Shown here: positions 59,331-64,000 of the stretch, piece after piece
Position numbering within the stretch: the stretch's first letter is position 1
Layout of the letters: each line of letters starts with the position of its first letter
NCBI GenBank assembly: GCA_023213395.1
Contig: CM041465.1
Location: forward strand, 81,041,741 to 81,105,740
Reading direction: 5' to 3'
Length of the DNA stretch: 64,000 nt
Origin: Cycas panzhihuaensis
Lineage: Eukaryota; Plantae; Cycadophyta
Made by a program: the position numbers and the translations under genes
The notes under the pieces: generated by a model
Seen by the model: only the letters and a program-made list of their open reading frames with translations
Database searches by the model: none
What the model was told of the DNA's origin: nothing

Positions 59331-62300
59331 TGATATGAATGGAGAATTAGAAATTAGCTTTAACCCAAAAGAATAATTAGATCAAATTGATTAATGACTG
59401 ATATAAAACTATATCAGAGTTTAAACTCTCACCAAAATCCACCTTCTCTCTTTTTATTTATGAGTGTAGACCTGACCTTAATTTATAAAGAGTTTGTTGT
59501 CTATCACTTTATAATAGGTGGATGTGGATTAGACCTCACATACTTTCACCTGATTGAACCTCATATTACATAAGTCTCATTAGACGTGTATGAGGCTTAA
59601 AGTGGGGTGTTGACCCTCAATTAGGAATTACAACATTAAGTTATAACTTAAGTTATAATTGCACTTTATTTGAGTAAAGTGACTAACTTTATAAAAGACT
59701 ATATGAATGAGTCATTATATTTTAGCATCTTCCTTTAATGACAACCTCATTAATTTAATACCGAGGCTGCGTGAAAATCTTTTAAACTTTAGTTTAATAA
59801 GTGCTTCGGTGAAGATATCTACAACCTAATCTTCGATCAATCAATGGATGGGATTAATTTCTATGTCTTGAATATGTTCATGGATGAAATGATGATAGAC
59901 CTCTATGTATTCTTGCATGGAAAATATGATTCTTTATCATCTTCAATGCACTTTACTTATCATAATATATGAGAGTAGCTTGAGTCTATTAAAGACCAAG
60001 TTTAATGAGAATCCTATGTAGCCAGATTGCTTCAATAGTTACATGGATAACTACTTTATATCTTGCTCCAATGAAGGATAGAGTAACATTGGGTTGTTTC
60101 TTATAACTCCAATAAATAATAGCTAAGTTCAAGTTAAAACAATAACTTGAAGTAAAGTAGTGAGTATCTTGGTAACCAACCTAGTCTACATCAATTAATA
60201 CTTTTACAATAAAAGTTTCAACTTAGTTGTAGTCAAGTGCATGTTGTAAGTATCATAAATATACTTAATAATTCTAATTGCTGCTTTCTAATGTGACATT
60301 TTAGGCTAAGACGTGATCATTGAATAAACCCCAACTGCATAAGAGATATCATAGCGAGTATGAGTAAGATAAATCAAACTCCCTACAAGTTATTAATAAA
60401 GAGTGGGATTTATAAGTTTTTCATGTTTATCCAAAGTTAGTTTGGTTCCAGTCTACATAGGTATAAGCAAAAGTTTGTAATCACTTATTTTGAAATATTA
60501 CAAGGGCTCATTCATATATTTAGTTTGTGATAAGAAAATATGTCCTGGTTCTTGCTAAACTTAAATGCCAAGGAAATAGTAGAGTAGTCTAAGGCTAACC
60601 ATCTCAAAACTACTTTTGAGTTCTTACTAGAGATGAAAAATCCCATCATTATTATTTCTAGTAATTACAGAATCATCAAAATAGAGAATAATAATGGTAA
60701 TCAAATTATTATGGATTTGAATATAAAAGTTGGAATTAGAGGATGAATAATTCATTTCATGCTTGAGAAAATGACTTCCAATCTTTACATACCAAGTATG
60801 AGGTACTTTCTTAAGTCCATACAAAGCTTTCTTAAGTTTACAAACTAAACGTTCTTTTCTAGGAATAATATAACTGGGAGGTTGTCTCAAGTAAACTTCT
60901 TCAAAAATATCTCCATTGAAAAAAGCACTTTTGACATCCATTTGATAAATATGGTATTTGAATAGAGCTATTAATTATATAACCAGATGAATAATTGCCA
61001 CGTTAGTAATATGTGTGAATATCTAATGCCTTCTTATTATTTAAAGTCTTTTATAATAAGATGTGCTTTATGTCTGTGAATGGAGTTATCTATATGATAA
61101 TTTATTTTATAAATCTAATGACAATTAATTGGTTAGTTTCTTCAAGGTAATTCAATGAGCTCCCTAGTATCATTTTTTAGGATAGAATTCATTTATTCAT
61201 CTATAACAACCTACCACATTTGGTTTTTGACTACCTCCTCAAAGGTGAAAAGCTCAGGAGTAGTGAGAACTTGTTCCATTAGAGCATAGTAAGTAGTATG
61301 CTTGTATGTAGATTACCTTTTCAAAATTGTAAGAGGTGAAGGTACATCTACCATAACTTGTAAGTACCACTTAGGAAGTTTCTTAGTGACTTCAACTTGT
61401 ACATCTTATGGAGACAAAGGTGGCAATGTAGATGTTGATGTAGAAGTAGACAGAGATGTAGGATAATCAGATGATAAACTTAGAGTGTATGAAGTTGAAG
61501 AAGAAAAAAGGTCTATAATTGGTATAGGAAGAGCTTCTAAAATATCATCATTGTCATCTATAAAAAATTATATCTAAGATGGATCTAAGTCTTGATTATC
61601 TTTTACAAAGATAACATCCCTTGATGAATATACCTATCATTCAATAGGGCCATACACCTTATAAGCTATACAACCAAGTATGTAGCCTACAAGGATGTGC
61701 TTCAAGATTTTGTAATTGAGTTTCCTTCACTTTTCTTTGGTAATACGCAAGTACATTGTACATCTAAAAGTTTTAAGACGTAAGATTGTAGGCTTCTATC
61801 CTGGCTAAGCCTCCTTGATTTTTATATTTCTAAGAGTTGAAGTCGGTCTCCTATTTGTGAGGTAAGTCATTGTAGCAATAGATTCAACCAAAACTGACTT
61901 AGTAAGCTTTATAATATTAACCATTTCTTTTTCCTTATTTACCACCATTTGATTCGTTTGCTTAACAACATTGCTTTGTTGAGGAGTACTAAGAGATGGG
62001 AATTGGTACTTGATGTTATGTTCTTTGCAAAAATTGGTAAATTGATTTGATATATAAAGCATCTTAATTGTAGTGTTAATTTTATTTTTAGCTTTGCCTT
62101 TGAATTCCTTGAATTTTTCAAAGGCTTCAAATTTGTTCTTTAAAAGGTAGATCCCAACTTTTTGAGAATAATCATCAATAAATATGATGAAATATAAATT
62201 TCCATTATGAGAAGGCTTAGACATAAGTCCACAAATATCTGAGTGAACTAAGCCCAAAGTTGATTTCTAAGTTTTCCTTGAATTAAATGATTCCTTATAT

Positions 62301-64000
62301 TATTTTCCAACTAGATAAGCTTAATAGAAGCTCTTATATTATTTGATCTTGGGTGGTCCATGTACCCTCTAAAAGATAAACATGAGCTTATGACTCTGCA
62401 TATTTATATGACTAAGTCATTAATGTCATAACTAATCCTTGGTATATTTATAAGTATGTTACTCCTTAGTATGTAAAGGTTCAAGTTGTATATGAGAAGA
62501 TTCAACTTACATGTTAATAGGTGGGTCTTCTATAATAATTTTCTTTCCTTTATCTACCAAAGTAGGATGCATAATGATACTTAGATTATGATTTTGTATA
62601 AAGAAAGTACAATAACATCAAGCTTGTATAGACCATTATCATCATGTCCTATAACCACTACTTATCTAGTTAAGTGATCTAAAATAATGGAAGTTTCCTA
62701 GGTGAAACGTACATCAGATTTCTACTTATCAATTTAGCTAACAAAAGGTAGGCTTTATTTTAAACTAGGTACATATAGGATATTATTGATATAGTGACCT
62801 ATGTTTGAATCAGTTAAGGCTATGGGTGCTTTCTCAATCTTAGCCACATCATATATAATATCATCACCAAACATTATTGTATATGCTTGAATAAGTTTGG
62901 TGTCTTTCAAGAGTTATTTAGTGCATGTCATATGATGAATATTATTAGAATCTATCAACTAGGAGTTGTCTAAATGGTTAAAAGTAAGAGAAACATAGAA
63001 TAGGTTCTCAATATTAGCTTGGGTATTGGCCACATGGTCTTCTTGCTATAAACTTTCATTGCGACCCTAATTATGATTCCTTGGTTGATTTTAGTTCTAT
63101 TATTTCCTATTTTATTGACCACATATATTGTTGTGATATTGGTTTTGACCTTGACTGACCTCCTTGTTATCCAAGGTTTGTCTATAAAAGCTATAGATTA
63201 TATTATCTCTTTCTATAAATAATGATGAAATTTCTAAGATTGCCATAGTAGAGGCAAGTAATATTCTCTTTTCTCTATTAGTTTCTAGTCTATTATGGTT
63301 GTTGATTCAAATTTAAAGAACTAAATCACTAGGTAAGAGGTTGTTGAATAGGCTATTTGCTCCCTTAATTTCTAGTTCTGAATGTGAGAGTAGTGTTAGA
63401 AGAAGATGTTGTTACTTATCAATTTAGGATATCTTCCTCCTTTAACAATAGCTCTTATAGGGTATCAAAGCCCATGGTAGTAAAGTCATTTGATAAATGT
63501 GATAAGAAAATATTGTACATGGTAAGAAGGACATTGAAAATATTGAAAATAAGGTCATTTTTTAAAGGAGTATCTCAAAGAGTGGTAAGTTGGTTCCTGA
63601 TGGCTTTAACTTCATTTATATATAAAGGGATCAATCTAGTAAAAGGTACAGAATATAAGTGTGCTTTTAGCATGATTACTCTTGAGTCATCCTTTTTCTT
63701 ATAAAGTGAATATATAATGTTCCATGGCTTATGACATATGCTTGTTATTTTAATATTTTAGTCTATATTATCCTTTCTAGCTAAGTATAGAAAAGATGGA
63801 TTAAGATTATTTTTAGCTCTAAAAGTAATAAGGGCAATAGAGTTTAGAGGGGTCATGTTATTAGGATTATTTAGGTTAGGTGTGGGAGTAAGCTTAGGTA
63901 TGTTACCTAATACATAAGCCTAAAACTCATTTATGATCAAAAGGTACTTGACTTATTTTTTCCAAGCTAAAACATAATTATTGCCAAATAGTTTAATTAT
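59331..64000 (-). mobile_element. decayed Ty1/copia element; 3' LTR ~59331-59727, 5' end runs toward or beyond the window edge
   Basis: Integrase ORF 61805-62257 (LVHSDICG...FIDDYS). RT ORF 60627-60941 (MDVKSAFFNG...LKKALYGLK). RNase H end VDIFTEAL at ~59810. PPT AAAGGAAGA precedes TG at 59727. Protease LIDSNNIHHMT at ~62940. The left LTR boundary is uncertain. Confidence 0.88.

Overview
This window is repeat-dominated plant nuclear DNA. A large-genome seed plant, most plausibly a gymnosperm, is inferred from the retroelement types; this is not proven. No intact host gene is present. Positions 1-49.4 kb are a stack of nested LTR retrotransposons. The oldest is Ty3/gypsy Tat-like element B (+; ~19.8-26.3 kb and 42.9-43.4 kb). 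It was invaded in its 5' LTR by related element A (+; <1-19782), whose own 5' LTR carries a full Ty1/copia (933-8792, TSD CTCCC). B was also invaded in its integrase by a much younger GC-rich relative C (-; 26331-42925, TSD GGGGC) and, 463 bp further on, by another Tat-family LTR (from 43394). The most notable structure lies in C, between integrase and the 3' LTR. It is a ~4.2-kb accessory cassette with two head-to-head genes around one TATA-like site: an intact stand-alone archaeal-type RNase H ORF (element sense) and a probably intron-containing Plant Mobile Domain (MAIN-like) plus coiled-coil gene (antisense). Sibling element A lacks the whole cassette. The right part of the window holds two decayed copia elements, a 1.5-kb tandem duplication with stacked tRNA-Met PBS motifs, and a small island at 55.3-57.5 kb. 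That island contains a germin-like pseudogene fragment, a QALGGH-type C2H2 zinc-finger relic missed by the ORF track, and repeated GC-rich hairpins.
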